This document shows positions 38,198 through 47,790 of a DNA stretch of 64,000 nucleotides, in pieces. The translations under genes and the position numbers were made by a program. Position 1 is the first letter of the stretch. Every line of letters begins with the position of its first letter. Source of the DNA: Longimicrobiales bacterium (GTDB lineage Bacteria; Gemmatimonadota; Gemmatimonadetes; Longimicrobiales; Gaopeijiaceae); contig CBDBJI010000004.1 of the NCBI GenBank assembly GCA_965206305.1, forward strand, positions 1,955,712-2,019,711, read 5' to 3'. The notes beneath the pieces were generated by a model. It ran no database searches, had not been told where the DNA came from, and saw only the letters and a program-made list of their open reading frames with translations.

Positions 38198-38662
38198 ATG
38201 CCGGCCCGGATGCTCGGTGCCGCGATCCTGAGGGGGAGTGGGTATCGGGAGCTGGGCGGCGCCCGGAGCGCGACCGGCCAGGCCGCCGCGGTCGTCGTGC
38301 TGGTCTCCGCAATCGCAACGTTTCTGGACTACGGACTCGGATGGTTGCCGATGCTGTCGACGGGAGCGGCGAACCTGTTGCAGTGGCCCGTCTGGGCGGG
38401 GGTCGCGTACCTGGTCGGTGGGGGGGGACGCGGGGACTGGGTTCGGTTGTTGCGTGTTCTCGGTTTCGCCAGGACGCCCGGGCTCCTTGTCGCTCTCGTT
38501 CCCGTGATCGGGGGGATCCAGTTCGCGGCGCACGCCTGGGTGCTGATCGCCGGTGCGTTCGGGATTCGCCAGGCGCTCGGGATCGGTATCGTTCGGGCCA
38601 TCGCGGCGGCACTTCTGGGTATGGTCCCCTACTGGCTCGTCGCCGCGGTATACCTCCTGTGA
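38198..38662 (+). CDS. Yip1-domain family membrane protein
   Basis: 154 aa, 4-5 TMs (...AAAVVVLVSAIATFLDYG...WVRLLRVLGFARTPGLLVAL...). Family call from memory. Confidence 0.6.
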   Translation: MPARMLGAAILRGSGYRELGGARSATGQAAAVVVLVSAIATFLDYGLGWLPMLSTGAANLLQWPVWAGVAYLVGGGGRGDWVRLLRVLGFARTPGLLVALVPVIGGIQFAAHAWVLIAGAFGIRQALGIGIVRAIAAALLGMVPYWLVAAVYLL

Positions 38663-38667
38663 AGGAC

Positions 38668-40100
38668 ATGGCGAACGAAATGCGACCGGGTTTCGGGTGG
38701 AAGTCCGCGTTGGGAGCGCTGCCGTTGCTGGCAGCCGCCGTCTTCGCCGTTGCGGCTTCCGCCGGGGCCGGGCAGCAGGTCCCCGACGGCGCAGTGCTGA
38801 CCAGGGCGCTGGGGTGCGGTGCCTGCCATGCGGGGGTGCCCGGGGGCGACGCGATCCGGGAGTTGGCTCCCCCCTTTGGGGAGGGGGCGGCCCCGCTCGC
38901 GCCCGCCTACATCTTCCACTACCTGGCCGATCCCCAAACGGTGCGGCCCGAGATCGCACCGGCAAGGATGCCGCGCTACGACCTGGGCGAGCGCGAGCGC
39001 GTCGCGCTCGCCCTCTTCGTGACCGATGAACGGGAACTGCGCGGCGTGGACGACGCCTTCCGCGCGGCGATGGCCCGCCACCCGGACGCAGACCGCGCGG
39101 AAGGCGCCGTCCTCTTCGAGACGCTGAATTGCGGCGGCTGCCATCTCCACCCGGACATCCCGCCCCGCGTCACCGCGCCCGACCTGGGCGCCACGGGGTT
39201 GCGCGTCGGGGAGGACTGGCTCGAGGCCTACCTGGCCAGCCCGGTCACCATCCGCCCGGCCGGCCCCTCACCCGGACGGGGAGGCCGCATGCCCGACTTC
39301 CGCCTCAGCCCGGCGGAGATCACCGCGATCAGCGGCTTCCTCCTCACCCTGGAGACCCCGTCGCCCGGCGACCCCCCGGCACGCACGCCCGATCAGCCCC
39401 CGGCGCACATCCCTCCCTGGGAGCCCCTCGCGCTGTCCCCCTTCTCGATGCAGAAGGCGGAGACGCTCCTCGAGGACCGGTGGAGCTGCCTCGGCTGCCA
39501 CCAGCTCGGCGAGGACGGCGGGCGGATCGGTCCGCGCCTCGACGGGATCGCGCAGCGGCTGCGCCCCGAGTACGTCCGCCATCTCATCGAGGATCCCGCG
39601 CATCTGGCTCCCGGCACGATCATGCCCGGGTCGCTGGAGCAGCCCGACCGGATGGACCTCATCGCGTCCTATCTGCTGCTGCGCGACGCCCCCTGGACCG
39701 GGAGCGAGCGGCTTGCGGGCATGCCGGCCCTGCCCGGCCCCGGCGATCCCGCCGCCAGCCCCGCCTCCGCCTCCGACGCCTCCGCCTCCGGCGCCGCCCT
39801 CTACGAAGCGCAGTGCGCTGCCTGTCACGGCGTCCGCGGCGAGGGGGACGGCTTCAACGCCGCCTTCATGCCCGTCGCGCCCACGGTGCACGCCGATTCG
39901 GCGGCGATGTCGCTGCGCACCGACGACACCCTCTACGACGGCATCCACGCCGGCGGCTGGATCCTCGGCAAGAGCCACCGCATGCCCGCCTTCGGCGCCT
40001 CGCTCGACGACGCCCGGAAGCGGGCCTGGTCGCCCACATCCGCACACTGTGCCGCTGCCAGGGCCCCTACTGGTCCCGCGACGGACGCCGGGGCCGATGA
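38668..40100 (+). CDS. Tetraheme c-type cytochrome (apparent -1 frameshift near 40010-40020)
   Basis: Signal peptide plus four CxxCH motifs (CGACH, CGGCH, CLGCH, CAACH). After ...MPAFGASLDDA the conserved tail EAGLVAHIRTLCRCQGPYW... is in another frame, whose stop forms an ATGA overlap with the next gene. Confidence 0.7.
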
Positions 40101-42460
40101 TGCGCGCCGCGGCAGGGGCGACGGTCCTTCTCATCCTCGCCGCCTGTGGCGATGGCGCGGGCTCGTCCGCTGATCAAGGGGCGGAATCGTCCGCTTCGGC
40201 GCCGATCAGCGCGGACGATTTCGTCGGCTCGGCGGCGTGCGCCGGCTGTCACGACGCCCAGTACGGGCGGTGGGCCGCGTCCACCCACGGGCGGGCGGGG
40301 GGCGAACCCGGTCCCGAGACGTTGATTGCACCCTTCGACGGCACCCCCATCGTCTTCCGCGACGGGACGGTGCTGCCGCGGGTCGATTCCGCCGGGCGGC
40401 ACCTCTTCGTGGTTCGCCAGGAGGGGCGTCCGGAGCGGGAGATCACCGTGGACGGGGTGATCGGCGGCGGTCACATGCTGGGTGGCGGCACCCAGGGATT
40501 CGTGACCCGCCTGGCCGACGGGACCGTCCGCTTCCTTCCCTTCGACTACTCGCGGCATCTGGATGCGTGGTTCTGCAACACGGCAAGCCGAGCGGAGCGG
40601 GGCTGGGAGCCGGTCACGCCCGATCTGGCGCTCGGGGACTGCGGGGACTGGCCGCCGGTGCGGATCCTGGGGACGATGTCGCGCTTCGCGAACTGCCAGT
40701 CCTGCCACGGCAGCCAGATCACCGCCACCTTCGAGCCCGGCGCGGGCGTGACGACCAACTGGACCTCGCTGGACATCAACTGCGAGTCCTGCCACGGTCC
40801 GGCCCGGCGCCACGTGGAGCTGATGGCCGCCGCCGGAGCGGGAGGCGGTTCCTCGCCGGCCGGGGCCTCGCTGGCGGGGGACATCCCGGTCGCCGCCACC
40901 CCCGCCGACATCGGCCTCGACAGCCGCGTACTCGACGGCGTGGACAAATCCCTCGAGGTGTGCTTCCGCTGTCATTCGCTCGGCGACGTGGTCCGGGAGG
41001 ACTACCTCTCGGGCGCCCCGCTGGCCGACTACTACGCGCTTCTGCTGCCCGCCCTGGGCGACGAGCCCCACCTCGCGGACGGGCGCGTCCGGACCTTCGC
41101 CTACCAGGGGTCGCACCTGTCCTCCTCCTGCTACGTGGACGGCAGCATGACCTGCGTGAGCTGTCACGAGCCCCACGGGCTGGGCTACTGGGACGTGAAC
41201 CGCGCGCCGCTGGCCAGCGAGACCGACGACCGCCAGTGCACGGCGTGCCACGCATCCAAGGCCGCGGACCCGGAGTCCCACACCTTCCACCCCGCCGGAT
41301 CGCCGGGAGCCCGGTGCGTGTCGTGTCACATGCCCTACCTGCAGCACCCCGTCGTCGGCGACGCGGTGCCCTTCGCGCGCTCCGACCACACGATCCCGAT
41401 TCCGCGGCCGCAGCTCGATGGCCGCCTCGGCCTCGTGAGCGCCTGCCGCGGGTGTCACACCGACCAGAGCGAGCTGCGGCTGCAGGCATGGGTGGACGAG
41501 CGGTGGGGCGAGACCCGGCCGCAGGATCCGGTGACGGCGGGGCTGCTGAACGTGACCGATGGAATGGGGAGCGACCTGGCCGCGCGGCTGCTACTCCGCC
41601 CGGGGGAGGGGGGCGACATGGACCAGGCCCGGGGGCTGGCGCGCTACCTGATGGGGTGGGTTCGGCTCGGCGAGGGGCTGGGCCGGGATGGCGCGGAACG
41701 GATCGCCAGCCTCGCCGAATCCGAGGACCCCGACCTGCGGGCGATGGCGCTGGTGGCCCGGCACGTCGCTGCCCCGGCGCCGGGGATGGCCGCTGCCGAC
41801 GGCGCCCCCGACGCCGACGCCATGGCCGCCGCCGCCCGGCGCGAGCCCCCCCCGGTACGCCGCCGCTGGGTCATGCTTCTGGGCTTCCTCGCCGACGAGG
41901 CGCGCGCGCGCCAGGACTGGGAGACTGCCACGGAACTGTTGAACCGCGCGCTGTCCGTGGCGCCGGAGGATCCCGGCGCGCTTCTCACGCTGGGGCTGGT
42001 GCGCAGCGGCGCGGGCGATCCCGATGGCGCGATCGACGCTCTTACGCGCAGCCTCGCCGCCGACCCGGACCAGCCCGTCGCGCGGGTGAACCTGGGGATC
42101 GTGCGGGCCGCCGTCGGCGACGAGGAAGGCGCGGTGCGCGAGTACGAGGCCGCGATCGCGCTGAACCCGTACGAGGCCATGGCCTACGTGAATCTGGGCA
42201 ACATCTACCTGCGAGGCGGCAGCACCGCCCAGGCGATCAGCGTCTACGAGCGGGCGGTGGCCGTTGGCCCCGAGATCGGCGCCGCCCACCGCAACCTCGC
42301 CGTGGCGCTTGGGCGGGCCGGCCGCTTCGACGAGGCCATTCCCCACGCCCGCCGCGCCGTCGAGTTCGCTCCTGACGACCAGTCGGCCCGGGACGTCCTG
42401 CGGCAGTTGGAGGCGCAGGCCGGGGGCGGGAGATCACCGCAGGGAGGGCTGCGCCCATGA
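40097..42460 (+). CDS. Octaheme c-type cytochrome lipoprotein fused to a C-terminal TPR domain
   Basis: MMRAAAGATVLLILAACG lipobox. Eight CxxCH motifs (CAGCH, CQSCH, CESCH, CFRCH, CVSCH, CTACH, CVSCH, CRGCH). The C-terminal ~250 aa are TPR repeats. Confidence 0.8.
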   Translation: MMRAAAGATVLLILAACGDGAGSSADQGAESSASAPISADDFVGSAACAGCHDAQYGRWAASTHGRAGGEPGPETLIAPFDGTPIVFRDGTVLPRVDSAGRHLFVVRQEGRPEREITVDGVIGGGHMLGGGTQGFVTRLADGTVRFLPFDYSRHLDAWFCNTASRAERGWEPVTPDLALGDCGDWPPVRILGTMSRFANCQSCHGSQITATFEPGAGVTTNWTSLDINCESCHGPARRHVELMAAAGAGGGSSPAGASLAGDIPVAATPADIGLDSRVLDGVDKSLEVCFRCHSLGDVVREDYLSGAPLADYYALLLPALGDEPHLADGRVRTFAYQGSHLSSSCYVDGSMTCVSCHEPHGLGYWDVNRAPLASETDDRQCTACHASKAADPESHTFHPAGSPGARCVSCHMPYLQHPVVGDAVPFARSDHTIPIPRPQLDGRLGLVSACRGCHTDQSELRLQAWVDERWGETRPQDPVTAGLLNVTDGMGSDLAARLLLRPGEGGDMDQARGLARYLMGWVRLGEGLGRDGAERIASLAESEDPDLRAMALVARHVAAPAPGMAAADGAPDADAMAAAARREPPPVRRRWVMLLGFLADEARARQDWETATELLNRALSVAPEDPGALLTLGLVRSGAGDPDGAIDALTRSLAADPDQPVARVNLGIVRAAVGDEEGAVREYEAAIALNPYEAMAYVNLGNIYLRGGSTAQAISVYERAVAVGPEIGAAHRNLAVALGRAGRFDEAIPHARRAVEFAPDDQSARDVLRQLEAQAGGGRSPQGGLRP

Positions 42461-43749
42461 GCGAAATGAAGCGTGTGCTGCGCGTGCGCGACGGGCTGGC
42501 GATCACCGTGGGAATCGTGATCGGGGCGGGGATCCTGCGCACGCCGGGTCTGATCGCCGAGTATCTCGGGAACGGGTGGCTGATCCTGGCCGTGTGGGTG
42601 GTGGGCGGGGTGGTGGCCGCGCTGAGCACGCTGGTGCTCGCGGAGATGGCGGCCGCGCTGCCCCATGCCGGCGGCAAGTACGTGTACGCGCGCGAAGCCT
42701 ACGGGCCCGTCGCGGGGTTCGTGGCCGGGTGGTCGGAGCTGCTGGTCAGCCGCGCGTTTTCCGGCGCGATCAAGGCGGTGGCCATCGCCGAGTACCTGAT
42801 CATCCTGATCGGGAGCGGATCGGTGCGGCTTCTCGCCGTGGGGGTCGTGGTCGGGTACGTGATCATCCACATGGGTGGCCTCAAGGTGGGCACGACCTTC
42901 CAGAACATCACGACCGCGATCAAGGTGGTCGTGCTGGTGGCGATCGCCGCCGCCGGGATCGCCGCGGGGGACGGGAGCGGGCTGATCGCGCCCATCACGG
43001 TGGAGCGCGCGTCGCTGCTCGGCTTCGCGCTGGCGTACCAGTCGGTCGCCTTCGCCTACTACGGCTGGGAGGACGCGGCCAAGATGGCCGAGGAGATTCG
43101 CGACCCGGGACGGTCGCTTCCCAGGATCCTCATCGGGGGCGCGATCACGGTTGCGGTCCTCTACCTGATGGTCAACACGGCCTATCTCGCGGCGCTCACC
43201 CCGGACGAGATGGCGGGCTCCGAGCTCGTCGCGCGGGACGCCGTGCAGGGCGTCTTTGGTGACACCGCCGCGACCTTCGTGGTCGTCGCCAGCCTGCTGA
43301 TCCTGATCAGCTCGGGGAACGTGAACTTCCTGGGGATGCCGCGGGTGGCCTTTGCGCTGGCCCGCTCGGGTCTCGCGCCGAAGGTCTTCCAGTACATTTC
43401 GCCCAAGGGCACGCCGGTTGCGGGCCTGTTCCTGATCGGCGTGGTGATCCTGGCCCTGGCCTCGACCGGCGCGCTCGAGTTTCTCATCCAGTTCATGATG
43501 CTGGTCGCGATCTCGGTGGACCTGATGGTGCTGTCGGCGTTCTTCCGTCTGCGCCGCACCCGCCCCGAACTGGAGCGGCCGCTGCGGGTGCCGGGCGGGG
43601 TGTGGACCGCCGGGGTGACGATGGTCCTGTACGTGGTTATCCTGGGAGTCATCGTGGGGACCCAGCCGTGGCTGGCGGTGGGGGCGGCGGTGATCCTGGG
43701 TGGGCTGGGGGTGGCGGGGGTGGTGACGGCGAGGTATTCGAGGGCTTAG
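42457..43749 (+). CDS. APC-family amino-acid permease
   Basis: ...ITVGIVIGAGILRTPG...LAEMAAALPHAGGKYVYAREAYGPVAGFVAGW...; 12 TMs; ATGA overlap with the upstream cytochrome gene. Confidence 0.9.
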   Translation: MSEMKRVLRVRDGLAITVGIVIGAGILRTPGLIAEYLGNGWLILAVWVVGGVVAALSTLVLAEMAAALPHAGGKYVYAREAYGPVAGFVAGWSELLVSRAFSGAIKAVAIAEYLIILIGSGSVRLLAVGVVVGYVIIHMGGLKVGTTFQNITTAIKVVVLVAIAAAGIAAGDGSGLIAPITVERASLLGFALAYQSVAFAYYGWEDAAKMAEEIRDPGRSLPRILIGGAITVAVLYLMVNTAYLAALTPDEMAGSELVARDAVQGVFGDTAATFVVVASLLILISSGNVNFLGMPRVAFALARSGLAPKVFQYISPKGTPVAGLFLIGVVILALASTGALEFLIQFMMLVAISVDLMVLSAFFRLRRTRPELERPLRVPGGVWTAGVTMVLYVVILGVIVGTQPWLAVGAAVILGGLGVAGVVTARYSRA

Positions 43750-43763
43750 AGGCGAGGGTTACG

Positions 43764-44054
43764 ATGGTTCCAATCATGTTTCTCGTGCTGGTGTTTTTTG
43801 GCGGCTTCGCGGTTGCGGGCTCGATCATGTGGCTGCTCGCCCAGAAGTCACTGGGAGGCCGGGACTGGGAGAAGCGGTTCAGCCGGCTCGAAGCCGAGGT
43901 TAAGCGGCTGGCGGGCGGGCAGATGCCGCAGGATCTCGAAGACGAAGTGCGGCACCTCGACGAGAAGGTGGAGTTCCTCGAGAATCTGTTGGCCGAGCGT
44001 CCCGGGGCTGGGGTGCTTCCGCCGGGCGACCGGGATGCGTCCGGCGCAGACTAA
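43764..44054 (+). CDS. Small single-pass membrane protein with coiled-coil tail (PspB-like architecture)
   Basis: MVPIMFLVLVFFGGFAVAGSIMWLL...RLEAEVKRL...LDEKVEFLENLLAE. The resemblance to PspB is architectural only. Confidence 0.4.
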   Translation: MVPIMFLVLVFFGGFAVAGSIMWLLAQKSLGGRDWEKRFSRLEAEVKRLAGGQMPQDLEDEVRHLDEKVEFLENLLAERPGAGVLPPGDRDASGAD

Positions 44055-45298
44055 TGGAGTGTTGTCCGGGCGCACGATCTGCCATGGCTGCGTCGCTGAC
44101 ACCGGCCCAGGTGGAGGCAGCGGAAGTTCCCTCACACGCAGTCGGTACTGCCGCAGCTGTCGCCGCACCGAGCCCGTTCAATGCCGAAGCTGGTGTGGCC
44201 GACGAGGAAGTCAACCGCCGTCCTACAGCTCGGAAAGCTGGGCCACGTAAGTCGGCGCTGACCGAAGGTCTGCCTTTACGGTGTATCGACTTCACCCGTA
44301 CAGCGTTGGGTGCGACCCCCGTCATCTTGCTTGGGTTGTCGCCTTGGACACAGCTCGCTGCGCAAGACCGCGGTTTTGTCGCTTGCGACCTCGACCGTCT
44401 CCCGCTCAGACTTGAGGTGCTCGCACACAATCCGGAGGTGTACCCAACCCTTGTGACGCCTCCGTCGCGGGTACCAGGCGGGTGGCTGGTTTATGAGGGG
44501 TATGAGCGACAGCTGATCGAGCTGGACGACGATCTCAACGAGATTGCGCGCTGGGGCCGCTCAGGCCCAGGCCCGATGGAGTATTCGCAGCCCGTTGCCG
44601 TCTGGGGAAGCGAAGACCAGGTCGTTGTCGTGGACCGGGATCCTCCATCTGTCATGGTGTTCGGCACGGATCCGAATGAACGAGTTCTCGTGGTGTCGAT
44701 GCCAATAGGCGACGCGGCTTTCCTACCCGCGGAAGATCGGCAAGTGCTGGCGATCATGGGTGTGGGCCTGTACGAGACCTCGCTGTTCAGTCCTGGCGAG
44801 ATGCAACTGGAATGGACATACGCTGACCTGGGCATTGAGGCTCCGCCAGGAGCTTTCGTCCCGTATGGGGGCTCTCCGGTGCTACTGCATGCGAGCCCAT
44901 CCCGGGATTTGTACGCCGGCTCACAGTGGGGTTCCAGGATATGGCATCTGGAGCCGCCTGGGCCGCGGCTGGTCCTGGAAAGATGCATCCCCGAACGCTT
45001 GCGCAACCAACACGTCACACCCGTCCGCCCCGGCTACGCACGCACCACCCTCCAGAACTTCCAGGTACTGCGCGATGGTCGTATTCTGACCCACGGGGCA
45101 CTCCCGGTAGGGACGGCCGATACCGAGGAACGCTCTGTAGAGCTGTACGGCGCGGACGGTACACTCCACGGGGCCTGGTCGATACCGTTCATCTCCGCCG
45201 CATTCGATCCGACGAATGCCAGCCGGCTGCTTGTCTGGTCAGAGGAGGTTGGGCTGCAGCTCGTGAAAGTCTCGGGTCCGGAGTATCCGTCTGGTTAG
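44054..45298 (+). CDS. 6-bladed beta-propeller protein, divergent paralog 4 (start uncertain)
   Basis: ...IARWGRSGPGPMEYSQPVAVWG... aligns with the GEGPGEF block of the family. Signal-like segment ALGATPVILLGLSPWTQLAAQ. Confidence 0.6.
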   Translation: MECCPGARSAMAASLTPAQVEAAEVPSHAVGTAAAVAAPSPFNAEAGVADEEVNRRPTARKAGPRKSALTEGLPLRCIDFTRTALGATPVILLGLSPWTQLAAQDRGFVACDLDRLPLRLEVLAHNPEVYPTLVTPPSRVPGGWLVYEGYERQLIELDDDLNEIARWGRSGPGPMEYSQPVAVWGSEDQVVVVDRDPPSVMVFGTDPNERVLVVSMPIGDAAFLPAEDRQVLAIMGVGLYETSLFSPGEMQLEWTYADLGIEAPPGAFVPYGGSPVLLHASPSRDLYAGSQWGSRIWHLEPPGPRLVLERCIPERLRNQHVTPVRPGYARTTLQNFQVLRDGRILTHGALPVGTADTEERSVELYGADGTLHGAWSIPFISAAFDPTNASRLLVWSEEVGLQLVKVSGPEYPSG

Positions 45299-45304
45299 CC
45301 TGGT

Positions 45305-46516
45305 ATGGACACCCTCGAAAGGAACGGCAAAGGAATGAGCCACTCGACCACCTCGGGATCTCTACCGACCACAATCCTGGCTTTGTCCCTTCTCGCGATC
45401 GGGTGCGCGGACACGGCCGAGATCGCCGGGACCGGGCTCCACGCGGTCATTGAGGACAGCGCCGGCATCACCATCGTCGAGAACGCCCGCCCCGCGCCCG
45501 ATTCCCGGCTTCCGTGGGAGTTCGGCGCACAACCGTCCCTTTCGATCGGTTCCGTCGAAAGCGGCGGGGCGGACGAATTGTTCCAGGTTTCGGATGCCAC
45601 CCGGCTCGGGGACGGCCGGATCGTGATCGCCAACTCCGGTAGCGCCGAACTCAGGGTTTTCAACGCGGACGGTTCTCACGAGAGAACCTGGGGAAGCCGG
45701 GGCGAGGGGCCCGGTGAATTCAGCGCCCGCGGTCCGGCCACCGTCGCACCCTGGCCCGGCGACTCGATTGCCGCTTCCGATGCCGTTGTCAGACCCCGGA
45801 TGTCGATTTTCGACATGAACGGCAACCACGGTCGCGACGTGGCCCTTGACGCCACCCGGGGCAACATCCTCGACTTGCTGCCAAACGGCAGGATTGTCTC
45901 GCAGGGCAGTCTGGTATTCAACCGGGAGGCCGTTTTTGAGACCAGGGACCTCGTTCGCCTGGAAACGGAATGGTCGGTTCTGGACGTGGACGGAACGCTG
46001 TACGCCTCACTTGGGAGGCTTCCCCGCGGCGAGGCGTACTTCAGCCAATTGTGGGGAGGAGACATGCAGCACCCGTTCGAGCGCAGCACCGTGGGAGCCG
46101 TGTGGGGGAACCTCGTGGCGGTCGGGGTACCGGACAGCTACGAGATCAAGGCCTTCGCCGCGGATGGGTCGCTGGTCAGGATCGTCCGCCGCGACTGGGA
46201 CCCGCGAACCCCCACCCAGGCCGAGTACGACGAGCGGGCGCCCTGGGGCGTGCCCCCGGTGGACGCCTACCCCGCCTTCGACGAGATTCTCTCGGACCGG
46301 GCCGGGTATCTCTGGGTCCGCGAGTACCGGATGTCCGGCGAGGGCGCCATGGTATGGACCGTGTTCGATCCGGAGGGGCGGGTTCAGGGGCTGGTCGAGA
46401 CTCCGGGAGGGCTGAACGTATTCGAAATCGGCGCCGACTACGTTTTGGGGTTGGCGGAAGATGAACTGGGGGTGGAATACGTGCAGTTGTGGGCGTTGTC
46501 GCGGGAGGCGGAGTGA
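45305..46516 (+). CDS. 6-bladed beta-propeller lipoprotein, paralog 5
   Basis: LLAIGC lipobox, EDSAGITIVEN, WGSRGEGPGEF, C-terminal ...GVEYVQLWALSR. In tandem with paralog 4. Confidence 0.8.
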   Translation: MDTLERNGKGMSHSTTSGSLPTTILALSLLAIGCADTAEIAGTGLHAVIEDSAGITIVENARPAPDSRLPWEFGAQPSLSIGSVESGGADELFQVSDATRLGDGRIVIANSGSAELRVFNADGSHERTWGSRGEGPGEFSARGPATVAPWPGDSIAASDAVVRPRMSIFDMNGNHGRDVALDATRGNILDLLPNGRIVSQGSLVFNREAVFETRDLVRLETEWSVLDVDGTLYASLGRLPRGEAYFSQLWGGDMQHPFERSTVGAVWGNLVAVGVPDSYEIKAFAADGSLVRIVRRDWDPRTPTQAEYDERAPWGVPPVDAYPAFDEILSDRAGYLWVREYRMSGEGAMVWTVFDPEGRVQGLVETPGGLNVFEIGADYVLGLAEDELGVEYVQLWALSREAE

Positions 46517-46950
46517 GGCTTCAAGGCAGTCACCTGCGGATGCCTGGCACGGGAACGGGTGTTATCACGTGACGTAATAGTGTTATCACCGTCCAAGCCC
46601 GCCGGCCCGGGCGCCGACTCCCTGACCACCTCCATCCCCCCAGAGGCACGCCATGGCCCAGCCCCAGTCGATGCGTTCGCCAGGGCCGTCTCCCCGCCCG
46701 ACGTCGAGCACCGAGCGGTCCCTTCCCCGCGTGATGGGCACGACCTCCGCATCGCAGGAGAGGCGCGAAGACGTTTCAGCTGAAACGCGCGAGCCGTCTT
46801 CCGTGACCAGGCAGGGCGTTGCCGTGACCAGGGAGGGCGCTGCCATGACCGTGGGGGACGGTAAATGTTCGGGTATGAGTTGCGACTGGACTGAGGAGCT
46901 GAAGGGGCGGATGTAATCGTCGGCCGATTGCGGCGGGGTTTTACCAGGAG

Positions 46951-47790
46951 CTAGAACTCCCACACCCCCAGCAGTTGAACCACGCTCTCCGTGACCTCCG
47001 TCCCCAGCTTGTTGCTCCAGTACTGGTACTCGATGCCGACGTGCACGTTGCCGTGACCGATGTTCCACCTGAGCTGCGGCTGCGCCAGGATTGAAGAGGG
47101 GACATCGTTGCCCACCTCGTCGGAGGTGGCGGTCGAGTATTCCGCGTGGCCCGCGATCGAAAAGGACTGACCGCCGATGTCGAACGGCAGCAGCCCATTC
47201 ACGTCAAATACGAACCGGCTGTCGAGTTCCGGGGGACTTCCGCCGGCCTGGCCCTTGCCCCCGTCGATTCCGAGCATCAGCTCGGTGTTCAGGAAGATGA
47301 ACCCCCGCAGATCCCACGATACGCGGGCCGCCGGCAGCCACTGCAGATGGTTGGCGTCGGTGCCGATCGCGACTCCCGCGATGAGTCCGAAGTCGGCGAT
47401 GGGGCCGAAACCGAGGTCCTGCCCCGTCAGCTTCCCCAGGCTGAAGTTCGAGTACCACTCCCCGTAGGCGTCCTTGTCGTTGAAGCCGTCGCTGCCTCCG
47501 TCGTCGAGGAAGTCCACGAAGAAGAAGTTGTCGCCGTACTTCCAGAGCGAGGCGTGCTGCAGGGTCAGGACGACCGTGCCGTGCGACGCTTCGCTGAACG
47601 GGTTGGCGAGGCTGCCGTACTGGAAATGGACCTCGGTCTGGGCGATCGCGGGGGAGGACGCCGCCGTCAGGAAAACGGTCGTCAGGCCGACAGCCAGGCA
47701 CAGGCTGGTCGCCGAGCGCGCCGCCCTGCACAGGCCCGCCGCCGGGAGGAACGCGGATCTCCGTGGTTTCATTGGGGGCCTCCGGTTCAA
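46951..47790 (-). CDS. Outer-membrane beta-barrel channel (Tsx/OmpK-like)
   Basis: Signal peptide, alternating beta-strand pattern, ...EYQYWSNKLG... and a terminal ...GVWEF (aromatic C-terminus). 4-nt overlap with the upstream symporter gene. Confidence 0.6.
   Translation of the reverse strand: MNRRPPMKPRRSAFLPAAGLCRAARSATSLCLAVGLTTVFLTAASSPAIAQTEVHFQYGSLANPFSEASHGTVVLTLQHASLWKYGDNFFFVDFLDDGGSDGFNDKDAYGEWYSNFSLGKLTGQDLGFGPIADFGLIAGVAIGTDANHLQWLPAARVSWDLRGFIFLNTELMLGIDGGKGQAGGSPPELDSRFVFDVNGLLPFDIGGQSFSIAGHAEYSTATSDEVGNDVPSSILAQPQLRWNIGHGNVHVGIEYQYWSNKLGTEVTESVVQLLGVWEF

Noticed and set aside
40005-40025. Programmed -1 ribosomal frameshift in the tetraheme cytochrome gene.
   Set aside because: No slippery heptamer or downstream structure is evident. 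Four other genes in the window show similar single indels, at least one in a homopolymer, so sequencing error or mutation is the simpler explanation.
46653-46916. 87-aa plus-strand ORF in the convergent spacer.
   Set aside because: Ser/Pro/Arg-rich, with no start context or homology. It overlaps the repeat tract and the putative HNH relic on the other strand.
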